Shown: piece after piece, positions 1-12,215 of the stretch
Numbering within the stretch: position 1 is the stretch's first letter
How the letters are laid out: each line of letters starts with the position of its first letter
NCBI RefSeq assembly: GCF_009914755.1
Contig: NC_060928.1
DNA: 64,000 bases
From: the human T2T-CHM13v2.0 reference genome, Homo sapiens
Strand: one strand, 5' to 3'
Made by a program: the position numbers and the translations under genes
Notes under the pieces: generated by a model
The model's input: the letters and a program-made list of their open reading frames with translations, nothing else
Told to the model about the DNA's origin: nothing
Databases searched by the model: none

Positions 1-2004
1 ACATGTAATAGAAATTAGAGCTTCATCCTCTACAGTAATGTAAATGTACTGTATTTGAGATATGAGTAAAGTTGGTTCTAATAATAGTATGTGTTCATAT
101 TTATTAATAGACTCATTAACACTTTTAAGGCTACTTTGCAAGAGTCCCATTAATTTTATTTACTAAATGTCCCATAGGGACAAGAATTCAATACTTGAAA
201 CATTCACATTTGAGTTATTAATATTGCCATGTCACCTTAATATCAATTGAACTTATCAACTTATCTCGTAGTCCTCACTATGACTTATAGATGACAGACA
301 AAATGAGTTTTGCTGACTTTAAAAAATAAAAGCAAGAAAAGCCTTACAATAAGATTCAAGTGAAACATTTATCATAATTATACATTTCTATTTCCACGAA
401 CAATGTATCACATGTGTCCTTCATATATGAAGATGACATTACTGACCTTTGTTATTAGGACATATTCTAAAGATTTTGTTCTAGAAGTAGCAATGGTTTT
501 GTGCTGAATCTCCAAATTCTCTTTCCTCATTCCTCATCAACAGTACATGAAAAGAACAGAATTTCTGGGTTCTATAAGATTAACAGGCCCATTCTAAGAT
601 CAAATCCACAACCTTGGCTTCTAAACTGTTATGACAACTTTTCCAGACATATAAACGACCCATCTAAGCTACAGCTCCACTGATTTAAGAGTAAGGAGAC
701 TAAGGCTGTGGGACACATGCTCATTTGAACCAATTTTACCTTCCTTGTCATGAATTTCTCTCTTAACCCTGGCATCCAGCCCTCCTGCATGCAATTGTAC
801 AAAGAAGAAAACAGGAAAGAGTATGAGGATAGAAAAGTGCAAATCCATCACTATTAAGTAACAATAAAAAGTACACATGTGCTATGATTGACAGGTGAGT
901 GGTGTCATCTGTGAAGGGCAGCACATTTTATATTCATCCAGAATATTCATCCAACCAAACCATTAAAATTAATCCAATTGATTTTGAGTGGGGCTATTTT
1001 GGTCATGCAGCAATTTACAAAATAGAAACCGCTGAGAGAGAAGCCAGCAAAATTAATTTATTTAGCCAGGAGGAAGAGGTCAGTTTAGTCAATGAATTAT
1101 TCAGGGATCAAAAATCTACCCTTAGATAGACAGGTGCATTTCTCTCTGCACACACATGTGACTGAGGCATGGCTTTGTCCCTGAGAATTTTCATGCCTCA
1201 GGAATGATAGTCTGTCTTCTTAGAGGTGGAATGACAAAGTGAATGGAAGATGAAATTGTATCCCAGCGGATGAAATAGGACTTTGTTCTGCCTACAGACT
1301 GGTTGGTTGTTTGTTCTGACATGTTTAGCCAGAGATGAGAAGAATTCTACTGGGAAAATCCAGATTTAAACTACTTAAAGCAGCTCCCTAAACTACTATA
1401 AAATATTTTTTTTAAACTGCCAAGAAATCATTTTTTCATTTCAATGTGATATTTATATAGAAAATGATTTTTATCCAATGCTGAAGGTGTAGTGAACATA
1501 GAACAGTTGCAAGATTTGTTTTATTGAGCAACGTCTTTAAAGATACAAGAAACAGGCCATACACTACAATGCAATGTGACTGAAACAGTATGTTTAAGTT
1601 TCTTTTGCCACAAAAAGAAAAAAAAATAAATACAAGGAACACTGCCTTTTCATATATATTTGATTATGGCACATGCACATTTTTTATCACATCTTAACTT
1701 AAAATACTCAAATTTTCTTTTCAGCTTTTATCAGGGAACTGCAGTATGTATCTGCATTTTTAAAAAGTGCTTATTCCTGTGTAGTGAATACAAAGCACAC
1801 AAAATGAAATTTTTTAAGCACAGAGGGTTACATTGAGAAGGCAGCCTTACTATTTAGGCACATTACAGTAATTAAGGTAACTGTACTGCAGAGATCACAT
1901 TCTTCATTTTTTTTGTTTTTTCAGCAAATCAACAGGCATATGTTTCCATCCAGTAGCTGAAGAACCACTCCATCACAATGTCTTCTGTTTCACAGAATAG
2001 GAAA
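1..2004 (-). other. ANKRD50: ANKRD50 terminal exon 5 (3'UTR only; continues past the window start)
   Basis: Acceptor TAATTTTTTTTTAACTTTTGCATTAG|TTTCC (AG at 2006-2005) pairs with donor AAG|GTAATA at 3473; AT-rich, no obvious repeats, several AATAAA on the minus strand. Confidence 0.8.
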
Positions 2005-3067
2005 CTAATGCAAAAGTTAAAAAAAAATTATTTTCTACATTGTATTATACAGCTACATATCATTTTAAAACTTTATTTAATACATTTACCTCTATATATC
2101 TTTATCTATATATTTACCATGCAAAGCACAAAGCAGACTTAACTATTATTTAACTTATAAGCCACTTTTTAAATTCCACAAAATGTTTACCTTAATTCTG
2201 GTGTTTCATTTTTAATACGTATTTATATTTTGCCTTTAAAACAGATATCATGAGAGTTGAAAGGGTGCACCATCAGAACTAATTATTTTAAAAACGAATT
2301 GCATTTGGGGACTGAATTAAGTACTTTATTCAAATTATTTTTGAATGACATTTGGTCACCCCTAGATTCACATTGAAGGCTGTTTATTATTAGAATATAT
2401 GAGGAATTTATCTATAATAGTGTTTCACCTATTATATCCCTAAAATATATTTACAAAGACAGAAGCAGCAAAAAGGAAAGAGTATATATAATTTTGTTAG
2501 AGGAAGAAAAATCATTAAGCAAAGTGGGATAAATATAGCTGCAGTGTATGCTAGGAAAGACCCCTAATAAAATCTTCAGATTTATCTCCAATACAGGAAA
2601 TGAGCTTCTGAAAAAGTATCTAAAATATAAAACTTACATACCTATTTTCCCACTAACATCCCCTATATTATTAATGAAGTATCCTTTGTTACAGGAAGGA
2701 GAAAAAAAAATTTATTTAACAAATATGACTATTTTATCCAGGTATAAAGTGCCCTAAATACCAATATTGCAAAAACATCCATTTATCATTTTTCACGTCT
2801 ATGCCTTATGTGTGAAAACATTACTTAGAAGAGTCTCAAGAGATCTGTCATCATAAAAACTACCTTCTACTAAGTTTTTGACTTCTTTCTGAGTGAAAAG
2901 GAATGAAATTAATATTTACTATCTACTATGTGCTACAGACATTATTGCATTCAAACCAAAAAGATGAGTTTGAAACAGCCCCTCCCTCTGACACCATCAA
3001 AATTCTTTTAAAAGGAGGACATAACTGAATAGGAAAGAATTCTTAATCTGGGATCCATAAGTAGTAT

Positions 3068-3430
3068 ATTCATTCATTCATTCATTAGTTCATTCACTTA
3101 TTCAACAAATTTTTACTGGGAAACTACCATAGGTCCAAGCACTATTCCAAGTACATGAAATACAGTAGTGAACAGATAGAAAACCCTACCCTCACAAAGG
3201 TTGTATTTTTAGTTCAGAGGAGAAAAATAATAAAGAAAACATCTGAAGTATTTTAAATAGTAAGTGCTTTGGATAACATAATGCACGCAAGGGGGAAAGG
3301 AGTGCTAGAGGCAGGAGAATTCTGATGTAAAGGGGTGATGAGGCAGGTCTGGCCCAGATGACATCTGAGTAGAGATTAACTGAGGGAATTGGCCTTGTGA
3401 TCAAGGAAAAGAGCATTCCAAGTAGAGGGA
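3068..3430 (-). mobile_element. L2 3'-end remnant in the 3'UTR intron
   Basis: (CATT)n followed by CAACAAAT..TACTG..CTACCATAGGTCCAAGCACT, the reverse complement of the L2 3' end. Confidence 0.7.
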
Positions 3431-3476
3431 ACTCTACTTTTGTTTTTTACTCTTTATGTTGACAAAATATTACCTT

Positions 3477-6400
3477 TTATAATGGTGTTTCCTTTTTATA
3501 GTTGAAGCTAGGGTCAGAACCTTCAATCTGAAGCTTCAGAGCTTGTTTAAGGCTTAATTCTGTCTCTGAGGAAGGGTATCCCTCCAACACTTCCTGATGC
3601 CCTCTATCTTGCATTGTTCGTGGGACTGAAACCCTACCAAGAAAAACCTGGTTGCTCTGAAGATGATAATTTGGATTTGTCATTATTCCATTTCTCTTCT
3701 TCTGTTCCCCACTTTGTTGGTGAATAAGAAACTGCTGTTGAGATCGACCAATTTCCTGCTGAGCTGAAGGTATCATAATTTTGCATTGAGATTCTGCTGG
3801 CATTTGTTTAGGCGGTGCAGCAGTCCCGGATTTGGCTATAGGTCCTCTTCTATCAAACTGAGTCATTTCATATTCTAAAACCTTTGGCTGTGAAGAATTA
3901 CTTTGTTTCGCTTTTTTCCCAGCTGATCCAGACTTGGCAGAATTTTCTGATTTCCCCCCTTTACTTGCTTTAGTTGACTTCAAACTGGGCTTTACTTGAC
4001 TCCACTCAAATTCACTACTTGGTGAATTATGACTCTGTCCTAAGGACTGTGTTGTGGAAGATGGGGAAACAATTGACTGTCGACTTCTACTGCGTGGCAA
4101 TGAATGCTGCTGAATTTGTTCTGTAAATGACAAGTTATGAAAGCTATCAATTGGCACTGTTTGAGCCGTTGCTGTAGATGAAGTAGTTCTCAAAGATGAA
4201 TTTTTTGAGCTTTTCAGGGAATTATTTGACAGTGATGACTTCTGCCGGTCAACTGTAGAATCTGGAGATTCTGAAGGAGAACTAAAAGCATGAGTAGGCC
4301 CATTAGGTAAACCACGTAACGAAGGCTGCATATCCCCTCCACCAGTACTACCAGAGCTATTTGATTTAATTGTTAATGACTGCACTTTTGAAGACAATGA
4401 CTGTAGAGGTTTTTGCTCCATTGTGTGAACAGGAGATGGGGAACAGCCATTCAAACTAGATGCACCATATTTTTCTAATAATTTAATTATCTGAGAATGT
4501 CCATTTTTGGCTGCAACACGCATAGCAGTGCGTCCAAATTGATCAGCATGGTTTGGATCAGCACCATGCTCTAATAAGACCTGAACAACATCAATGTGCC
4601 CTTCCTGGGCTGCAATACAGAGTGCAGTTGCACCTTGGTTACATGTATGGTCAACTACAGCACCATGCTCAATCAGAAGCTGAACCACTTTTACATGGCC
4701 CTGCCAGGCTGCAGACTGCAAAGCAGAGCGCTTTTCATTGTCTGCAGCATTGACGTCTGCATGGTATGCTATCAGGACCTGCACCATTTCCATATGGCCT
4801 TGCCAACAAGACACATGAAGTGCTGTCCTTCCTTCAGCATCACTTGCTTCTACGTTTGCACCATTTTCTAAAAAATATTCGGCCATTGTAAGCTGATTTT
4901 CTAAGGCCAAGATATAAAGTGTAGGCCGACCATCAGCATCTTTGCAGTTAACATCAGCACCATGGCTAAAAAGCAATTCAACAATGTCCCTGTGCCCTTC
5001 TAATGCAGCAACCCGCAGTGCGTTTCTTCCATCATAACCTCTTTGATCAATGTTGGATTTGTTTTCCAGTAATATTTGAACACAATCATAATGACCCTCT
5101 TGTGAAGCTAATATGAAAGGGATTCGTCCATCATTGTCAATCTCATTTGTTCTAGCACCTTGTTCAATAAGTGCTTCACATATCAATCTGTGCCCTTCAA
5201 AAGCTGCCATGTGCAAAGGTGTCCATCCAGCATCATCTCTGTGATTTTCATCTAACCCTCTATCCAGTAGAGTACGTACCACCTCAACATTTCCTTGTGC
5301 TGAAGCTATACTGAGGACTGTCCTACCTTCACTATCAATACTATCCACAGCTGCACCCCAAAACAAAAGTGTATTTACAACTGATGCATGACCCATAGAA
5401 GCTGCTGCTAAGAGGGGTGTACGGCCATTGTTATCTGTGTGATCTACATCTGCTCCCCCTTCTAGAAGCAAGTCAACCACATCAACATGTCCTTCATAGG
5501 CAGCTACCAGCAGTGGAGTCATGCCATCTTTATCACAATGATCTACTTCAGCACCTCGATCAATTAAAAGGCTAACAACTGATGCGTGCCCTTTACTTGC
5601 AGGCACACAAAGTGCAGCTACAGAGAGTGCAGTCCTGCCATCAACATCCTCATGATTTACTTCTGCTCCATGGTCCAGTAGGTGTTCCACAATCTCTCTA
5701 TGTCCCATGTATGCTGCTGCTATCAAAGCAGTTCTACCTTCATTATCAGCTTTGTTCACTTCAGCGCCATGTTGTAGCAAATTCAGTACAATATCCTCGT
5801 GTCCTCCCCATGCTGCTGCTCTCAAAGCTGTTCGGCTATCAGCATCTGCACAATCCACTTTTACGCCAGCATAAAGTAGTGCAGAAACTACCTCAGTATG
5901 GCCACCCCAAGCAGCAGATCTTAATGCTGTCCAACCATCTTGATCAGTATGATTAATATTTGCTCCACACCCAATCAAACAATTAACCACCTTGGTATGT
6001 CCCTGTCTAGCCGCTAGAGTGAGTGGTGTATGTCCATGAGCATCTTCTATCTCTAAATCTGCTCCCCTAGAGACAAGTAAATTGACTACATCAAGACTGC
6101 CACTATATGCAGCATTAGCCAATAATGTTCTCCCATTTGAATCACACTGATTTACTGAAGCTCCATTATCTAATAATGTCCGAATGGAATCCTCTCTTTC
6201 TAAGGCTTGTCGAACTATGCATGATGTGCGATCGTCTTCACTGTTGACATGAGCCCCAGCTTTAACCAACAGCTGTAGCACTTCTTGTTCCTTGGGTATC
6301 AAAGTAGAAAGGGAATCTCTGACAGGTGTACCATTCCATATCATCCACAGAGCTAACTCCGCTGTCTCTAATTGTAAGTTTGAGTTAATTAAGTGCAATG

Positions 6401-7024
6401 CAAATTCTTGTGCTTCCAATGGTGTTAAATTCTTGGCTTGACAGGTATAACTCATAGCCAACATTCTGTGTCCTTCTGCTGCATTACATAAATACTTCTG
6501 AGTACAGTGTTTCACATCCAGAAGCCACTCGGCAAAACTATAATGAAACAGTATTTTTGTATTTCCTAGTCCATCAACAAGAAGTTTGGAGAGGATATCT
6601 AACTTGCGTTGAAAATCTTCCAAAGTTAACGACATGTTTTTGGTCCATACTGCGTGATATAATTCCGTTATGGTCAAAGGTCGGCAGGCTGCAAGAATCA
6701 CATTCAAAATAGGCTGAACCTTTGCAAATTGTTTTCTTACAAAAAGTCTTTGGCACAGCCAGAGATATAAACCATTTAGAGTTCCTGGGATGTCACGAAT
6801 TTCTCTTAACATAATAAAATTTTCTACAACTCCATCTAAAACTCGTTCTAGGTAAAGAAAGCATCCACTGCTTTTAATGTGCAGTTGATTTAACATCTCT
6901 GCAGTTTCTTTTGTGAGGTGTTGTCGCAAAGCTTCTTCTTGATCTAAACGATGAAGAATGTACTGCTGAACATCCTTGACGATATATGCCTTCCGAAGGT
7001 CATCTAAACTTATTTTTCGAAAAC
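3477..7024 (-). CDS. ANKRD50: ANKRD50 exon 4 coding part (aa 248-1429): helical/winged-helix region, ~18 ankyrin repeats, Ser-rich tail, C-terminal ETPL
   Basis: Acceptor TCTCTTCTTTAG|GT (AG at 7026-7025); G|GT gives Gly then FRKISLDD... in frame with the 1150-aa ORF; repeated GxTxLxxAAxxGH motifs; TAA at 3479-3477; total CDS 4290 nt = 1429 aa + stop. Confidence 0.97.
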
Positions 7025-8015
7025 CTAAAGAAGAGATAAAAAAGTAGATGTAATCAGTTGAAAAGGATTATAGAAGTACCATATCTTCAAAGAGAATGTC
7101 AACATATAATAAATAAATCAATTAATAAATTAATACTAATAAGCAGATCAATTAATACCTATTAGTATGTAAATCAGTTTTCTTTTCTTTCTGCAAAAAC
7201 ACACTGATGGCAGAAAAATTTCATTTTCCTACCTACAAATTGAACTACTTATTCCTTTAGTAGCTTGGTGCCTCTCTCAACTCCATTGTAATAGATACTA
7301 ATTAAGAAGCAGACAGTCTTACATAACCATAAAAGTACCCAGTTAACATCATCTGAACTCCCAAGTGATTGGGAAAAAAAGTTGCAGGAGACATAACAAG
7401 TAAGGTTTCTTTTTACAAAATCTCTTCCATATAAATAATTTATATATTTTCACCTATACACTTGAATATACACTAGCCTTAATTATGTGACTGAATATTT
7501 ACATCCAATTAGAATATCCAGTCATTGTCTTTAAACTACATTACTGTACATTTTATCAAACTAAAATAACTAAATCTCAGACCATCAATAAATAGCTTGA
7601 ACAAATTAAGATCCAACTTTTTGGCTAAATTATGGTCAAAAAACTTCAGCACTGTAAAATAAATAATAAGATTTAAACCAACCTAAAAATATACTAGCTA
7701 TAGCTATTTTAAACTCATTTTAAGTTCTTTAAAGGAAGCCATAATTTCACTGTCTAAAGGCAGATGACATCATGATATACAGATATGAACTTATTAGACA
7801 ATTGTGTATTCATCTTACAGAACAAAAAACTGCTAAGTGAATGAACTTACCAAGTCTCTAACATGACCAGATTTGCATTTTGAAGGAATATTCTAACATC
7901 TAAAGAAGAACTGGAGCAAGTCAAGACTAAAGGAAAAACGATTTTTAAAGAGGCTGTGATGCACTCTAGATGAAAATCACTATGAGCCTGAACAGCCATG
8001 GTGGTGGCAGCAGTT

Positions 8016-8036
8016 GCAGCAGCAGCAGCAGCAGCA
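8016..8036. repeat. (GCA)7 trinucleotide repeat
   Basis: gcagcagcagcagcagcagca read directly. Confidence 0.9.
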
Positions 8037-8899
8037 AAAATAACGTGATGGACTTGGGAATTTTTAATAAGAGCTAGATTATACAGTGTTTGGTGAATGT
8101 GGAGAAGTAAAGAGAGAAGGACGAGTCAAAGCTGACACTAACTTGTGGCTCTGCCAACAGGACTGAAAAAGAGACCAGTGAAGGACAAATAATAGGTTTG
8201 GAGAAAAAGCTGATGAACTCAATTTTGTAATACTAAGCTTTAAGTATGTAGACAAAATGGACAGTTATTGAAAAATTAAAAACAACCTACCAAGAATAAA
8301 ATATGAATAACAGTTGTACTAATATAGCCCTTTGTATATAGATTTATATAGCCCTAAATCTATATAAAAATAGAATCTAATTTTACATATATATGTATAC
8401 ACACACAATTGATTATTAAATCCTCAACAGAAATAATTTCAAAAGATAAATTTCAATTGTGAAAAAGTCACTGCTCACCTAAGGAGGGTTTAAAACATAC
8501 CTAGAAATTTACAGCAATCTATATTTACCAATGATGTGAGATGATTTGCCTCCAAATCTTTTTCTGTGTGTCCATTTGCTTTTGACTTTATCAATTCACT
8601 TTAAAATTTAAGTTAGATAAGGGAAATACCTAGTACATTGCTAATAAAATAAGTTACTTAAGAAATAATATTATTTTACATTATATAGTGTTTTAAAGTT
8701 TCTGAAGCAATGTAATACTTTACATTACTTTAATGTAAGACTTTATATTACACTACTTGATTTACATGAAAGATAATACATTATGAATAAATATCTAAAA
8801 TTTAAACCTAATTAACTAAGATGTCATGATTGGAACTTGAGATTATTAAGACAGAAACTCCACAGTAACAGGTAGGGTTCTACAGAAAGGAATAAAGGA

Positions 8900-9110
8900 G
8901 AGCTACATTTATTGAGAGTCAACTAAGGTAGTAGTTTAAGTATTCATTATTTATAAAACTTCCTTGTCTGTTAAGCCTGGGAGATAAATATTTCTATTTT
9001 AAAAAATGAGGAACCTAAAGCTCAGAAAGGCTAAATAAATTGCTCACAGTAACACAGCTAGAAAGTGATAAATTTTGATTGTTTTGTTTGACTTTGAAGT
9101 TTGCTCTTTT
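8900..9110 (-). mobile_element. MIR remnant
   Basis: ATGAGGAACCTAAAGCTCAGAAAGGCTAAATAAATTGCTCACAGTAACACAGCTAG resembles the MIR core in reverse. Confidence 0.65.
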
Positions 9111-9607
9111 CATTAAGATAGGAACAAGAATACAAAGCTGTGAAAGAAAACTCAAGTGTTTGACAGGGGAATGAAGAGGAGGGAGTAGGGACATAGGATT
9201 AATTCTATAAGAAAGTATAGAATTTCATAAAGAAAACTTACAGAGAATTTATAATTTAGAGAATAAATCTCCCCCCAATCTAAATACTTAATAATATGGA
9301 TTTTAGATAGAAGAAATTACCATGTTCTTTACCAATGATGGTTATAATAGTTATCTGTTCATTAAAACAGAACTAAGAATATCTATTAATCAACAACTTA
9401 AATATCTTGAGTTACAGTACTGAAAATAATTACTTTTAAAAATTATAACTTCTGACTAATACACATGTAATCCTCTTATTATGAACACACACAATATATA
9501 GCTATCAAAGCACTTTTAAACATAAGATAGGGCTGAAAAATAATCAAAACTTCTAGGGGAATAAAAACATGACTTACTGAAATGATGGACCACCTACCTC
9601 CCTATTT

Positions 9608-9737
9608 CTTTTCTATTCTTACTTGAATAGAAGTATTTTTCTATTCTTTTCTATTCTTACTTGAACTTTTCTATTCTTACTTGAACTTTTCTATTCTTAC
9701 TTGAAACATTTCTATTATTTTCTATTCTTGCTTGAAT
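9608..9737. repeat. Degenerate ~20-bp minisatellite (TTTTCTATTCTTACTTGAAC)
   Basis: Three near-perfect adjacent copies around 9647-9705 plus degenerate flanking copies. Confidence 0.88.
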
Positions 9738-10549
9738 TATTTCTCAGGGTACCGCATTACGCAGTACTGGTGAAAACAGAGTGAAAGAGAAGACCTGTGC
9801 CAATATTTATAAATTGATGCTTACTGAAATTACTTATTATCATGAAGAACATATGAGGATAAGCAATACGAAAATAAAACCTAAAAATATAACAAGAAGT
9901 TTAAGCAAATGCCAGCATATTAATATACAAATAAAATATGTAGGCATTAAAATAGTCATTAAAAAGACAATATGGTGACACTGAAAGGTTTGTCAATGTT
10001 AAATTTAAAAAGCAGAAAATCAAATTGATATATAGCATGATCTCAACTAGGAAGGGGAACATATACAGAATTTAACACAACGTGTTAATAATAATTAAGC
10101 ACTCTTATTAGTATCTGGTGTAATATTTGTGTATGTTGTCATTTAAAATATGTTCTAAATGGAGCCTGTAATACTTTTATAATCAGATAAAATAAACACA
10201 TAAATAATCTTTTAAAAATCTTGGAGGGTTAATTTTTTGTGCACAAAATGTTTTGAAATAGGCTGCTATTTCTTTCAGTCCCATAACAAGGCCTAACAAT
10301 GATCAGCCTATGAGAATACCCTAGTTGTAGTCAAAATTGTGCTTAGTGCCAAAGTCATTTTCATTAGATTAATCTGAAGCCATTAATGAAAATGCTACTG
10401 GTCAGTATAGTGAATACATCAGAAAAGTTATAAAAACTGTCTTTCCAAAGGCTTAATCCTCAGATATGAGTAGGTGAAGCCAATTTAGACATAGTAAAGA
10501 TCTTAATGTTACTGGCTATGATGATACACGTGCAATTTTAATTTCAAAT

Positions 10550-11995
10550 GCATACAACTAAAAACACATACATTTCAACTTAAAACGTAAGCAAAGACCA
10601 GAAAGATATGTGTAGGACATATAGAAGGATAACTGGAAAATCTAAGGAGAAACTTGAATAAATGCACAGATATGTTATGTTTATGAGTAGAAAGAAAGCA
10701 TATTTTAAACAGCAAATTCTTTCTTATTTAAATTGCAATTTTATCAAAATCTTAATAATTTTTTGGTTTATATCACTGACAGTTATAATTTAAAATATGC
10801 TATTACAACCTAGAGGAGCACAGGTAAAAATATATAATTTAAAATAATAATAATGATGGCAAAGAGGGCTGGGAAGTAATTGCACAAGAAAATTACAAAA
10901 ATTAAGCCAACATTTTATTTGCATAATAATGCTAACAGATAGTTTAGAAGAGCAGATGAATAGTTTAGAAATAGAGTAATAGTACACAGACATATCTATA
11001 TGTACACACACCCAAACTTAATGTATGATGAAAAAAAATCACCAAGTAATTGTAAAGGAAGTCAATAAATTGCTGAGAAAATTTATGATTTTACAGATTA
11101 TTCAAGTTAGAGCTTTATTTCATACCTTTTAGTAAAAAATAGTGTATATGGGCAAAATCATTAAAGGTAAAACTAAGAATACAGAATAGTAAAGGACAAT
11201 ACATTAGAGGTTACAAATAATATACTTCAAAATAATTATTACAATTTTAAAAAGCTGAAGAAAATAGTTGCAAAGAATTGAAAAAATATCAAATACAAGC
11301 CCTGAAAATCAGTAAGAAAATAACTTTGACTTCCCAATAAAAACATAAAGGTCAGATAGCAGAATTTCATGGAAAAAAGGCAAATTGATGAAATAAGCAT
11401 AAGGGAGAAAGGGTTCAACAGTAAACAAGAAGTACAAATAAACATAATAGAGTATTTTTCACATACCACATTGACAAATTAAAGAAAGACATAATTCAAT
11501 ACTGGTGCAAGTAAAAAGAAACCACCCAACACTTTCAGGTAGGAATATAATAATATATATCCTTTTGGAAAGCAATTTGACAATATGTATTAATAACTTT
11601 AGCAATATCCTTAAATTTTTACCTCAAAATTCCACATCTACCATGAACAGAGTGGTGGTCACATGTTTATATACAGCCCAACAATTTAATAATTAATATC
11701 CCAAAAAAAGAAGTAAATTTAACTGGAGTTCAAAATGTACATACTCTATAATCCAGCAATTACAAGTCTAGATTTATAATGTAAACTTTCAGCACATGTG
11801 CACAAGAACACATGAACAAATATGTTCATGAAGCATTTTTTGTAACAGCAAAAAACTGAAAATGATCTAAATGTCCATGAACAGGATAACGGAAAAATAA
11901 AAAGAGATTTATTGATGGGAAGGAGTACTATCTACCAATTAAAACCAATGAAATGGATTTATAATGAATATGGCTCAAAAATATTGTTGGCTAAA
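10550..11995 (+). mobile_element. Old L1M(E-like) 3' fragments
   Basis: A-rich sequence with degenerate L1 motifs (TTTGGAAAGCAATTTGACAATAT, AATCCAGCAATT, AAATGTCCATGAACAGGATAA). Confidence 0.55.
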
Positions 11996-12009
11996 AAAAG
12001 AGAATCAAA

Positions 12010-12215
12010 TAATAATAGCAACGATATATTTCTGAAGCACTTACTATGTATTAGGCATTGTCTTAAGTGCTTCATATGTAATTTGTCATTTAACCTTACA
12101 AAAATCCTATAAGAAAAGTAATATTATAATCCCCATTTCATAGATAAGGAAACAGAGGCACACAGAATATAAATTGTGTAAAGTCACATGGCTAGTGAGT
12201 GGTAAAAGCTCAGAT
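12010..12215 (-). mobile_element. MIR
   Basis: CCCCATTTCATAGATAAGGAAACAGAGGCACACAGA...AAGTCACATGGCTAGTGAGTGG. Confidence 0.75.

Noticed and set aside
3420-3439. 8-bp hairpin AAGTAGAG-GGAA-CTCTACTT near the 3'UTR-intron donor
   Set aside because: Short enough to be chance, and it sits at the edge of an L2 remnant.
4553-5956. Plus-strand ORFs antisense to exon 4
   Set aside because: Short shadow frames of the ankyrin coding sequence with no promoter or splice support.
6927-6929. Start of the 1150-aa ORF as a real initiation site
   Set aside because: It is a TTG (Leu280) inside exon 4; the frame stays open to the acceptor at 7024 and joins exon 3.
9608-9737. CRISPR-like array
   Set aside because: Units are directly adjacent without unique ~30-bp spacers, no cas genes, human intronic context.
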